Assembly (NCBI GenBank): GCA_977030845.1
Contig: OZ365110.1
Location: 4,712,001 to 4,776,000 of the forward strand
DNA: 64,000 nt
Source: Fimbriosthenelais zetlandica
Taxonomy: Eukaryota
Reading direction: 5' to 3'
The notes under the pieces: model-generated
Told to the model about the DNA's origin: nothing
Seen by the model: only the letters and a program-made list of their open reading frames with translations
Databases searched by the model: none
Part shown: piece by piece, positions 1-12,180 of the stretch
Position numbering within the stretch: the stretch's first letter is position 1
Layout: each line of letters starts with the position of its first letter
Translations under genes and position numbers: made by a program

Positions 1-285
1 TCCCATGACGGAAACATCGGTATTGAATTTTATTTCGGGTGATGGCTGAATGCAAGGTTTTGATCCAGGAGAGCATGGAAATCATGTTTCCGTCATTCTC
101 CATTATAATTTGCAACCAGGTAATATACTTGTTTCCAAGACAATCAATTATGATAAAGTATAGACGATATAGGTTTAAGGCTGATAAGGCAACAGGCAGA
201 TGTCTGATTGGTTTAATTGATGTATGGCTCTGTTGATAACAATGAACAGTTGTATAGTGGCTATAACGGAGACTATCTTGAGATC
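1..285 (-). mobile_element. possible heavily decayed CR1/L2-type LINE endonuclease fragment running off the window edge
   Basis: Stop-free minus-strand frame of about 95 codons (...SIKPIRHLPVALSALNLYRLYFIIIDCLGNKYITWLQ...HSAITR...). It loosely echoes the L2/CR1 APE start (LN.RSL..II.D....ITETWL...H.PR). The match is by eye and weak. Confidence 0.2.
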
Positions 286-1855
286 AGGACTAAAGAACTG
301 CTTTCTGACCTCTTCAACTTTAAATAGACAAGTTGTCTGCTTTGAGCAGGGAGTGAATCATAGCTGCAATGTTCCGGGCCAAGGATCGGCCTATACAGAG
401 ATTCTTGTGTAGATTTGGATCAGTTTTTCCCCAGGGCCTGATAGTTCCTGGTTAGTATAAGACAGACTGGCCGTGGATCGGCTGTTGTGGCTTGTCAGGT
501 CTGGTGCAGCTTGTCAGGCAGCTAAGATCAGACCTAATTAGCCATGGTGGGAGGGGAAGGATCAAGCCAGGCTGACCTCTAGGACGGCTGTCCGTCACTG
601 GAGGAGGAGGTGGGCTCCTGGTATATATACAACTGTATGTAATGTGAAGGTGGCAGGATCAAGTCAGAGCCAACCAGCTGACTGATGGAGTAACCAAGAG
701 TAAGGTATAATAAATAGAAGCTACAAGAATGGAATTAGATTTATGTTTGCAGTACTAAGTCCAGGTGATAGCCTGCAATATGGGAAATGCAATGCTTTGT
801 AAATGGTTCAAATCGGTTGAGTGGTTAAAATGATGATGTTTTAAGCAACCTTAGTCTTATTGTATAATAAGAGGGTCACCATCAAATAAAGTTAAATAAA
901 TAATCTAAGAAGAATCCAATATTTCAGTGCAGTGGAAGACAAAAAGACATTTGACTATCATGGGCTATGCTATATGCTTATCCACTTAACAGAGAAAAGA
1001 TATTTAATGTCAGATTTTAAATGTATAGTGTAAGAAGCTAATGGAGAACGTTGCAGTCCCTGCATGGCCTATAGTCATAGTTCAGGCTATCTAACACAGA
1101 AATTCAGTTGTTAAAATGGTGAGATAGGTGGTGCATGGTCCACGGCCATTGGTCTAACTATATTAGCTTTACTTAGTTCTGTCTCGGGTCCTGTCTGGGG
1201 CTGATATGACCCAAAGGCTTCGTTCCATTGCTATACACCTTTTTGCTGGGAATGGAAAGTTTGCAACTGGATCCCTGACACTTCTGCCTAAAATTATATG
1301 ACTACACTTGATGCCTTAAGCTAATTCTTTTACCATCACTTAGTCTCTCACATCTTTTGCAAATTCTTTGTTTATAATTATGTCCTTTGGGATCGAAATT
1401 GGCATAAAATGGAGTTTGTTTTACTCTTGCTGTTGAAACAGGCTTCAGGTTGGCTTATAAGCAGTGTATGAAGTTCTCGAAGATATCAGACATCTAAGCC
1501 TAAATTAATATTCAATTGTTCGTCTAGAATGGTCTAAATTATCATTATGTTCTCATTATTATATTGAATACACTGATTTGTGTTAAATGCCAGGAGAAGG
1601 CCTATACGGAGTAGAGAGAAGCAGTGATGAGTGTTTGATTACAACTCAGCCGTGTTAGAGCCGCGGCAGGCCTACTTAACGCCTTGTTTATGTTAGCAGG
1701 CTGTAAGGTAGCGGGCATATTTTGGTAATCTGAAGCCAGGTGGGAAGCTGGCTGGGTGACAGCTGAACAAGGCTACACCAAGTGTACATCCTTGGCTAAT
1801 GCCAGCTTTTCTCAAAAAGCGACACGCCGAAATTTCACTTTGGACAGAAGTGATG

Positions 1856-1892
1856 TTATTAAAAATGTTAAATATTATTAAAAATGTTAAAT
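1856..1892. repeat. 19-bp tandem duplication (TTATTAAAAATGTTAAATA x2)
   Basis: Directly visible direct repeat. Confidence 0.8.
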
Positions 1893-2603
1893 CTTCTTGC
1901 TTATGGAACTGATGTATACATGCTATCAGGAAAATTCAAGTAATGATGATCTCCACTAAGATGATCAGAGACGATCTATCAACATATGTTTTTCTCTAAT
2001 GTTGTCTCTTAATAATTGGGTATGGTTAATATAGCGCAAATGTACTTTATATTAATTTTGTCAGGAAGCGAGATACTTTGAATGGAAATGAATGGCCGAA
2101 GAAGGTTTACAACTAGGAATATGAAAGTAAGTCTGTCCATACCAAACAATCATGGCATGAGTCCTCAGTGATGTGCATGCAATCCATTCACATGCATATA
2201 ATGCCTGAGCCACTATGAGTCCCTTTAAAGGGTTCACATTGTCACTATGAGAGCTATAAATGTCACGCCTGTGGAAATCACCTTTACATCCCAGTCGCTT
2301 CATTGTTTGGGGTATAGCCACAGACAAAATAGCAAATGAACATTGAGTGACCAAAACCCATCCACATTGTCTATGTGTGTATACTCAATGATGGGGTACT
2401 ATGGACTGGATCTCATTTGGACCCCTTAAAGGCATCAGTCAGTGGACTACAATAATCGCCTTGGAAAAATGCGAATGTCCATGTTCTTTTGAATTGCGAG
2501 GAGTATTTTTAACATTGTGATTGTATTGCGGCTAGCCGAACCTTGTAGAAGATTTTTCTGTGGCATAAATTGTCATATTGGCCACACCACTCGCAAACAG
2601 AGG

Positions 2604-2687
2604 AATATATTAGCACCTCTCACAAATAGCAAGCCCGGCTAGGGCAGTTTCACTTGCAACAGATGCGGCAGTTGGGGCAGAAAATCA
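2604..2687 (+). repeat. copy of dispersed GCGGCAG-AAAAT hairpin-family repeat
   Basis: cacctctcacaaatagcaagcccggctagggcagtttcacttgcaacagatgcggc aligns by eye with 60349-60404 (cacccctcacaaataccaatcccctgcaactgcagttacaattgcggcagatgtggc) and with 21678-21733. Confidence 0.6.
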
Positions 2688-3143
2688 GTGGGGCTACATT
2701 ATGGGACAAAAAGAAAGTAGATCAAGAAAGCAGCTCTTAATATCCTTTTACACATATCCTTTTTAAATACAATCTCAAAGATATGACCAGTACAAAAGCT
2801 CGGGCATATCAAGTGTAGTTTCGAATCAAAGTAGCATGGCAATGAGTATGGCAGACTTGGCGTAGGTCTAGGCCCCACACCGTTGATGTTTCTCCTCAAT
2901 TAAGCAGCCATTGGCATGGCTTCCCCGTCACTGCACAATTGGCATCAGGCCAAACCTCCCACCCTACCGCACCGCCACCACCACCAAGCCATCCTGTATA
3001 GACCCATAAAGGAAAAGGTCGCCAGATATGACATTTCCCTCCGGAGAAGACAGAGAACACCAAGATGACACGACAGGAATTCAAATGCTGCGGCTTCCCT
3101 GAGATGGGGCTTAATAGATTATTTGTCACATTGCATCGTCTGA

Positions 3144-3403
3144 CGGGGCGGATTCAGGATTGGGAGGGTTCTCTCTCAAACTAAACCCACCAACCCTAAG
3201 AGACCCACAAAGAAAGGTTGTAAATTGCAAAATTCATAAATATCTAGGCCCTGTTCTTTCATAGATTTTTAGAATGACTCTCATAGAAGGCACCTGTTGG
3301 TTCATTAAAGAGCACTTGGCAACAATGTCCGATACTGAGTTAGGGCGGGGGCGGGGGTGGGGGTGGGGGGTATTATACTACCCCCACTCTGGATCCGCCA
3401 TTG
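3144..3403. mobile_element. MITE-like element with GGCGGATCCAG-type terminal inverted repeats (hAT-like by inference)
   Basis: Left end ggggcggattcag and right end ctggatccgccattg form a 10/11 inverted match. The same termini occur at 60944-61170, and a lone left end occurs at 57905. No clear TSD. Confidence 0.5.
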
Positions 3404-5299
3404 GCCTGGGTCTGTACAAATGCCCAAGTAAAGTCCTTTTCTGAGACCTACTGTGTTGTCTTTAGTGGCCCCCTAAATGAGGGTTGGGGACATGCATTGT
3501 ACCTTCTGTTGGGTCTATAGCCAAGGGAAAAAAATGTGTAAAGAGCATTTCAATGTATTGCTCATGGGTCTGTTTTGGATGAAAAAACCGTTGGGTTAGA
3601 CTAGGGTAAGTCTATATGGGTTTACTAACTTTAGAATGTGATCCAGTAGTCTAGCAACAGCCCATAAAGAGCCAGAAAAGCTCATAAAACAGCCCACAAA
3701 GGTGTGGACCGACTATGCCTACAAACTATGAAGTCCAGGAACAACCCTCAAGTGCTTCAAAGGTTTTGCAGTAAAATCTAGGTTTTTGTGGTCTTCACGG
3801 GCTTTGCTGGATGTGTGGCCGTTGCATTCAGGGGTTTCATGGACAGTCATTCACAGGTTACCCATTTTTGTCATTTAAATCAAGGTGCCAGATTTCAGAT
3901 GCACTAATGAATGTATAACAACCTTTTCAACAACAATTTTTAACAACAATTTCTCAGACAACTTTTGCCCCACATTCTTATATAGGCATCTGAGTGAGGA
4001 CCTATATGAGAATATTATCAATGACATACTGGCAGTACTGTATTCCCTTTCTTTCGCCATAGATTTATGTCTTCCAGGGGGAGGAGGTGTAATCACTGAA
4101 GAGCAATAATTGCAAGAAAACCGATATAAAAACATAATTAATGAGGAAGAGGTCTGCTGTTGGCTGCGGGCCTACATTAAGAATGACATAGGATCATGCT
4201 CTCTGACCCACTTCTCCTGACAATGAGAAGAAAGCTGGGCGAGCATACACCGTATAAATTGATTTACACAAGGCTATAAACACTCGGACTTGACACTCCA
4301 GCGTTTGATGGAGTAGTTGCCTCCCAGATTCCTCTCTTCCAGGCCGCCACTGTATATTGCTGGATCCAGAAGGCGGTAGTTGGGGGGGGGGGGCACTGTC
4401 AGTGTTACACCCTTGAGATTTTTTCGAACTATTTTGTTAAGCAATAGGAGCGGTGGTTCAGACAAGTCTACTCTTGATTCTAGTATGGAGCATTTCAAGA
4501 GTTGGGGGAGGGGGTAGCCTAAATGGAACCACAGACCGTTGGACCAGATAGAGGTGGACCCCCTACCCACCACCCCATCCCCCCCCCCCTTGCCCCAGCC
4601 CCACCTATGGACTGATTCTCTGTATGGCCCACACAGATACAGCGATTGTAAGGAAGTGCTCTCTGAGGACATACATATATATATTTATGGTCGCACTTAT
4701 TGTAATAAATGACAAGGTTTTGCTAAGCTACTGCCTGTTTTTATCGCCTCTCCGGAGCATTCCCCCATCGAGTTTATCAAAGCGAGGTGCATCGCTCGGT
4801 GAAAACAATGCTACTAGCGCCGCCCGTGGCAGGAAGATGAATGACAAGGCACTCTGGGAGATCTAAAACCGGGTCATATGACTTGGTGATTTATCTTGGT
4901 TTGGCTCCTCCATAATATGGAGAATATTATTCTTCTTACGATATAAAGAAAAGCTATATGGAAAGCTACCAACTACTATAATAATAGTACTATGACCATC
5001 CCACGGGAATGTGATCTTCCATGATTTTGCAGTAGTAGCTATACCTTTAAACCAAAGTGATTTTAACAGAACTAATCAAAACTCCGAAAACTAGCCTCAG
5101 TAAAAGGAAACACCTCAGTGTCAAATAGAAGATCGAAAAGACAATATATCGAATGATACCCACTACAAGACCAAGCCATTTTGGAAGAAAAACCCTCGTA
5201 CAACAATAGTCAAACTAGAAAATATGGGACTAATGGGGGATTGAAAAGACAGTTGGTAGACACTGCTGTTGAATAGACATATAAAGAGTACCTTCTGTA

Positions 5300-6240
5300 A
5301 TAACAGACCTTCACATTGATCAAAGCACAGCAACCACCCCAAGGAGATTGACAGATTGACTCAGATTCACGTAATGGCACCAGATGGCACGATTCTTGTC
5401 ACCAATGGAAACAATATGAATTAGAACGCCTCCCAGGTTCATCCTGTCTTGCCAGATTCAACACTTAACTGAAATCCGATAATCAATTTCAACACCTTGG
5501 CCACATTCAACGTGCTAAAGAGCTGCCGGAAGGTCTTCATTTGATAAGGCCCGGTCGTGGCTAACGTGTGTATTTTGGCAGAGTGTTGGCCCAGCCTCCT
5601 CATAATTGACGAGGCATTATGTAAAGATGGAATCATCCGGCACGACCTGACCACCCAGACGACTCCCGAGGCCTCCCCATCCCACAGGTCTACTCGCACC
5701 TCATCACAGCCTTGATAAATGATTCCCTACGCCGCATAAATTAGTGCATTGCTTGTCCTGACACGTCCTCATCATATGACCTCTGTGGCTTTCCCCAATC
5801 TTGCTTCATAAAGTCATGGCGGTTCGGCGATGACGTGGCGAACCAACTCAGAGCACAATAATGCAGAACGAGCAGCTCTGGGACCTGGTGAGCACTCATC
5901 TGTCTATCTTGCTCAGCTAAGACAAGCGCAACGAGCAGTTTGAAGGTTGTGAATCTCCCCGGTCTGAGCTCCAGGCAGGCTGGGATGGCCCATTCAAGGC
6001 AATTCTGGAGGTGGACAAGACAGCAATTGTCGAGAATTTCTTTAACTTTCTAGGCAATCTTGACGGATGTTATTCTTGACCTGAAACTTAGCCTGTTGGC
6101 ATTCTGTGTGAAGAAGTCAAGGAGTAAATATTCTGTAAATCCCAGTCAGCAATTTTTCTCAGGACGAGTGAAAAACACGTTGACACAATGGCTGCTCTTG
6201 GCAACTGAATGTCCTTCATGGATGGCCTTGTACAGGTCTC
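5300..6240 (+). mobile_element. degenerate RTE-clade non-LTR retrotransposon, 3' part of ORF (post-RT region)
   Basis: Motifs occur in RTE order across stops and frameshifts: LKSDNQFQHLGHI (cf. L..V..F.YLGS.I), ILLS*DK.NE.VLKVVNLPG (cf. IL.ISWQDKV.NEEVL.RANLPS), W.G, LKLSLLAFCV (cf. LKASLKAFNI), WLLLATECPSWMAL (cf. WE.LA.DRPSWR.L). The comparison is to remembered family consensus, not a run alignment. Confidence 0.5.
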
Positions 6241-9200
6241 TCACAAGAGACATTGTGGGACATGGCTGGCCTTTTACACATTTGTAACCACAGACAATGA
6301 CTTGACTGGCATTTTACATGCCTCTCAACACCCGGTTAGCAGAACTGGGTGGAGAATCCACTGGCAAATTTGATTCAGAGTGAAAAAAACTAAATTTCTG
6401 ATGCATCCATGCACTGTGGATGTGGGAGGAAGAAAAAGCTTCCCAGTGATAATTTGCCCCGCTGAGTTTAATTCTTGGGTGTTCCTTGGGGCTTATTTGG
6501 AGGATCGTGAGATCCGATCATAAATCACAAGGCTAGGACCTTGATGACATGGGTTCAGAGGTCACTGGAGGTCATCCCTCAACCACTCTATGCTCAATAA
6601 ACCCTCTCGGTAAAGCTGGCACAAATGCCAGCCAACTTCATGGATATTCCACTTAATTAAATCATACCATTTATAATCCCAGATGAGATGTTCCAAGCAA
6701 CACTGACATGAGGAATTTGACACTGAAACACTATTATAATGGGTGGTCTTAGTTATAACTGAGAAGAGCCCTTAGGCTAGGTCAAATCTAATGTCCTCGG
6801 TTCCCAGGGACATTTCATGTATTTCATATCCTTAGGAATCTCTTGACTTCCATGATTTTTTGTTCCATACTTATATACATGTATTTGGCAAAAATAAGAT
6901 TATTAGCCACTTCTTGAAATTATTCGTGAGAAGATCAAGGCACGGAGGGCATCCAAAATAGATGACCAAAGAAAGTTTCTAAAGATTTATTTCAAACCTG
7001 AACTTTTAAAAAGAAAACATTCACCATTTATACTTATTTAGAAGCACCTGCTTGTCTGAAGTCAGTGAGAAAACATTTTAACTTGGTGGATGCTTTCTTT
7101 TCAAGCACATCAAGTATTCAGTGCAAGTGGTCGGTTTATTTTGGGGCGCTTTTGGCACATGCCGCGAGGCAGTTCTTCCTTGGAGGCCCGCGCTAAACAA
7201 AGGCTGTCGCGGCTGGTCATCCACTAACCATTAGAAATGACCTCATTTCATGGTCATTAGGTTGAAGACACATTGTCTACCTCTGGCATGCCCGCTGGCT
7301 GAGAGGAAAGACAGGCAGGAAACCAAGAGAGCTCAATCTCAATGGAAATCAAAATCTCCAAAAAGCCCTCACCACGCGTTTCTTTTTTTCCCTTTCCAAC
7401 ATTTCCAGATTCACTGTGTTTTTCCCTTACTGCATCTTCCTTCCAGTGGACTTGTTTTGGTCATCCCAGATCATTTATTGGCATGAGAGAAAAATAAGGA
7501 CTCCCTTATGCCTCAGTGATGGCAGCGACAAATGGAATTTACGGCTATGCAAATATCAACATGATTTAATCTGGGAGCAATCTCTGGTTATATTTTCGAC
7601 CAACAAAGACCATCTATCACGTGTGCTGTCCACGATGAAGGCATGATTTCCATACGGGAAACGAGACGAGGCTAAGATTAAAAGTCATCAGCAAACGTTA
7701 CAATAAGTCGACTTTAATTACGCGTCTCAGGCCCATTAGGTGGCGCAACTGACGTCCAGCAAATTACATGAATATGCTGGGAGACATTAGTATTGCTGCA
7801 GGGTATTTGTCTAGATTTTAGCTGGCAATTAAAATGTGCCTAGCATAAGCCTTGGTGAGGCATAGTGTATTGGGGGTGATGCTTGGTACCATTTGACCAC
7901 AGATGTTCGGGAAATAGGGTCAAGGGTCGATTCTTCAGGATTGATCAAGCAGTTAACTGAAGTTGTTTTTAAAGGGAAATAACGCACTTTTAGATGGACA
8001 ATCAAGCTGAAATTCCAACTTTTGTTTGGGTTCTTGAGAAACCAATTTTAAAAATGGGTTTCGTTCAATGAAGGAAGTGGCGAGGAAGAATGGAAGCCCA
8101 CGTGAATAAACATCCGGGGACCCAGCCTGATGTCAATCTCTCTAATGACAATCAAACTTGATCAGCCGTGATACTGACCATTGAAAAGAGACCATAAGGC
8201 AGATGACCAGTGGTCAAGAGGGCAGCAGATGACCAGCACATCTCCTACTGACCATCGGGTTATCATGCTGCCGAAACAACACAGAGGTGATTGACCTTAA
8301 GCAGTGAAAGGTCATTCCCAATGTCAACAACCTTCCTTTCCCAATTGTCCTATACATCACTAGCATTTCAGGCTAAAGCTAGTGAAAATGTTACTTGTTT
8401 TCCCTCCACACAATATTACCGTATAAGGTAGGCACTTAGGCATTCTAGAAATAGATCTTTTAGATAGTATATAAAAGAGACATAAACCTTTATGATTCTT
8501 TTATAACCTAGCAATATGATTATCTTTTTACACTATTTCGAATCTTTGATTGCATGCATAAAATAGCACAGATGGTGTATTCTTCTGTATCCTAACTTAT
8601 AATACTTTTATCAAATTTGATATCAAAATACGGGGCGATGGAGCAGTCCTGAGACGAGGAACTGCATGAGATTTGCTTCGTGCCATTTGATATCTTAACG
8701 GTTGTGACAGATAGTGGCGTGAGAAAAACAAAAGCTTGTAGGAAGAAGAATAGGGAGGAGAGAAAAAAAGCCCATGGAATGCATGTCCTCATTTCACTCG
8801 ATCCATCAGGCCTAGAAGGAGGGAAAACGAGCAATCGTGCTAGAGAAGATGGCTTTCCTTGACAGGCTCGCCCATAGAATCACTAACATTGATCAGTACT
8901 GACATAGAGATCTGTTAGGCGGAGAGGACTTTTTTTCTTTGTTGTGTTTTGTGTGAACTAGCGGCCATTGAAGTTTCATTAAAGGAGAGGGAGTGATGGA
9001 TGAGGGTGGGAGTAGATGGCCAACCGATGGATCTTCGCTCGTGTTTTGTTACCCAATGGCGGACTAATTGTACAGAGATGTCAGAATTAAGGTCCTCTGT
9101 CAAATCAGTTTCTGGGACCAACAAAAAACGAAAAATAATCTTCTTCACCACGAGCGAGGAGTAGCCTAGGCCTAAGAATTTAATGCCATTTTACGGTTAG

Positions 9201-9619
9201 GCTCATTTTGGCTAGTAGGCCTAAACCTATAGCCTAGGCCTATCTATATAGTGTCCATAGACTAACTTAGGCCTAATAGGCTATTAAGTTTCCCTGTCAA
9301 TTTTGACTGATGCGGAACTTGGAAATCTACCTTTGGACTATAAACTGTGGCAAGGGACAATTTGCACCCAGTTGGGAGGGTTTCAGATCCCTGAAAATTA
9401 AAATAGGATTATGCATCCATCCCTTGCTCTGAGTCAGAAAAAGTTCACAAATCAAGTACGGGTAGCCTAGTAGGTCCGACGTCATATAGGCATTGAGTAG
9501 ACGCTTCCCTGCACGAATTTTTTATACCTAAATTTTAAGCTTTTTTTTCTTCCTTTGAGAGCAATTTTCAGCAGTTGGTACCTCAGCCATCTGAGTGTTT
9601 CCTTCCTTCTCTCCACCAA

Positions 9620-10330
9620 GTGACGTGGCATATTTGACAAGCCGGGGTATTGTTACGACATCTTGACAAGTTCCCGTGACGTGTTGATTAATCCACTTGG
9701 TGGCAGCACTAACCAATGGTGACGGGTGTCCATGACGTATTAGCCTCGTACGTCCCCCTCCCTCGTCCTGGATTATGTATCATCTCACAAATATGAACAA
9801 TAATTATCAAGTCAAAAATGTAATTAGAATCCTTTCACTCTGGTGGCCCCTTCGCCACCCTGGATGTCGCAAGCCTGCCCCGCCCAGAACCCACTAAATC
9901 ACTCCTGTGTATTGTCTACGACGTCTCCCGTCAAGTCATGGCGACGGGGGCACAGGGCGTCATGGCAACCATCCCGCGAGGCCACTGCCACACACCGAGT
10001 TCCGCCATGCTGAATTATTACAACAGATTGGCCGATTGAGATGGGATTGGACGCGAGAGTTTGTTAAAATATGCAAATCCCCCATCTTATCCAAATGGCG
10101 AATCATTTCGGTGGAAATGAATGATAGGGTCGACCTCTCTTGGTCGTCGCACGCTGTCATCGCAGCGGTTAAGGGCAGTACTCCAAGGGAGCTTGCATAA
10201 TGGTGCACCGCCCGCCCACATGGCCACCCCCAAACTGATGAGGCATGCATCCCCCGGACACACAAAAAACCCACACCACTCATCCGGGTACTGAGCGGTG
10301 GATAATGAACGCGTATCACTCTATCAATCG
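9620..10330. promoter_or_regulatory. CpG-rich promoter/enhancer-like patch
   Basis: Visibly CpG-rich against a CpG-poor background. It has TGACGT x3 (9621, 9677, 9733), an RFX-like half site CATGGCAAC (9961-9969), ATTGG x2 (10027, 10046) and a perfect octamer ATGCAAAT (10071-10078). Confidence 0.35.
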
Positions 10331-11974
10331 TAAGAATTTCATGAGCAGCTACTCGGTTACAAATGATGGTTTTTTGGGATCAGTCACAATTGATGTTAGA
10401 CCCAACGCCTAACGCCCTAAACCACTAAAGTAATACAGGGGATTCATCATAATTGTAGGCCTATAGGCCTTACATTACTTAGGCTAGCCAACCAACCATG
10501 AGATCTAATTGGCATGATTGTGTCCTATCGGCCTCTCCTTTCACATTTGACTGAAATGTTGCACAAATTGAAAGTTCTCAGGTAGGCTAAGGTAAGGGTC
10601 CTTCTCCTTCTTGCATGAGACAATCAAGGTAGGCTATGATAGCCTTTATGGTTAGCCTACCTTAGGTAAAACTCCACTTGGGATTGTTGGCTTGTTGCCT
10701 TGCCACCATCAAAAGAGTTGCAAGAGCCCAGCAGCCATGCAGCCGCAACAAAAAAGGCCACGGGAGTGCATGTACAAGGATTACTCGCCTGGAAATTGCG
10801 AGTCCCTACGGTTGCAGCATTTGAGGCTGCTGCAGAAAAGTTTGCCACAAGAGAGCTCTACCCAAAACAAAATTCATGAAAATTGTTGCAGCAGAACGCT
10901 GTTTCCAAGTGTTGCAAGCAGTGAAATCCCAAGTGGAGTTACCCCATCACCTGATCTGCTTATCCCCAGCCTTACTTCCCCTCCCTATCGTCCACCCTCT
11001 GAGTCTGGTACAGGCCCGGAGGGGAAGGATGACCAAGACATTACACCGGTCAATACTGACCAGGGTCCTTAGCACACCTGTGTCACTGACCACTAGGTGG
11101 ACACCTACACGCTCGGCGCAGTGACGCTCCCCTCGGGGCTTCTTATCCTAAACTCTTCACCCTCCTGAATATCAGCAAACTTCTAGATCCAAAATGTCAT
11201 GTAAAAATTAATACAGTTTGATGAAAAATCTTAAGTAGTTGAAGGATGTCTGTTCAGAAATGTTCACTGTACAGGGGTAGGCCTATTGTAAAAAAGGGGG
11301 AAAAAAAGAAAATGGTGCTGTAATGCATCTGCATCCCTAAACTTTTTATTCTCAACATACCAATTCTGGATAAAAAAATACTAAAGTTTTGTTTAATGCA
11401 AAAATCAATTAAAAAGTGAGAGGTGGGAAATCTCATATGATTATTCTGTGGACTAAAGTTCCATCTGTGCTCTTGTCAACAATACGTCTTGTTCCTACTA
11501 AGTCTCATAATAACTTTTCTAATTTATTTCTCTACTTAGCCTATTTGTTTTAAAAAGTCTACCAGTTCAAATGGAGGTTTAACTAACCAAGGGCTGTCGA
11601 TTTCTAGGCCTACACATTTTCCAACAAATACTATCTTACTATGTAGTGTTTATAAGTGCATAAAAATACTTGATTCAAAGCGTGAACTTATATCTATCCG
11701 GATAAAAAGTTCCACCGCATGCAAGCACTCAAAAGATTTACCTATGATCTGATGAAACTTGCCAGCCTGGCATTTTTGATAAGCCGTATCTGCAGTAGGA
11801 GAGTTTAGGAACTGGGTCACTATCAGAGCCTGGCCGGGGGCTGTGAAAATTGATCGAAAGCTCATTCCAGAGTTAACTGTATGGCCCTCAAGCCTTACAT
11901 GTCCGGCGTGCCAATTAATCGACCTTTGACCCCCGAGGCAATGGTAACAGACTGGGAGGTGGACACTGCATTTT

Positions 11975-12180
11975 GGTCAGCAATGGGTGAGGGTGGGGGT
12001 GGGGGTGGGGGTGGGGGTGGGGGTGTCGCCGAGGAAGGGCAGTGCTGTGGGGATGGGGAAGGGGTAAGCTGTTGGGAGGTGGTATAGGGATGAATGTGTG
12101 AGGTAGGGATTTGGGGGTTGGGTGGGAGTGGGATAAGGGTGGGTGTGAGGGGTTAGGGGTTGAGTGGGGTTGGTTGGGGA
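11975..12180 (+). repeat. G-rich low-complexity tract including (GGGGGT)n; G-quadruplex potential
   Basis: About six GGGGGT units at 11991-12025, followed by many GGG/GGGG runs. Confidence 0.85.

Noticed and set aside
2065-2126. 62-nt segment with a good acceptor and AA|GTAAGT donor
   Set aside because: All three frames contain stops; at best a non-coding exon and unsupported.
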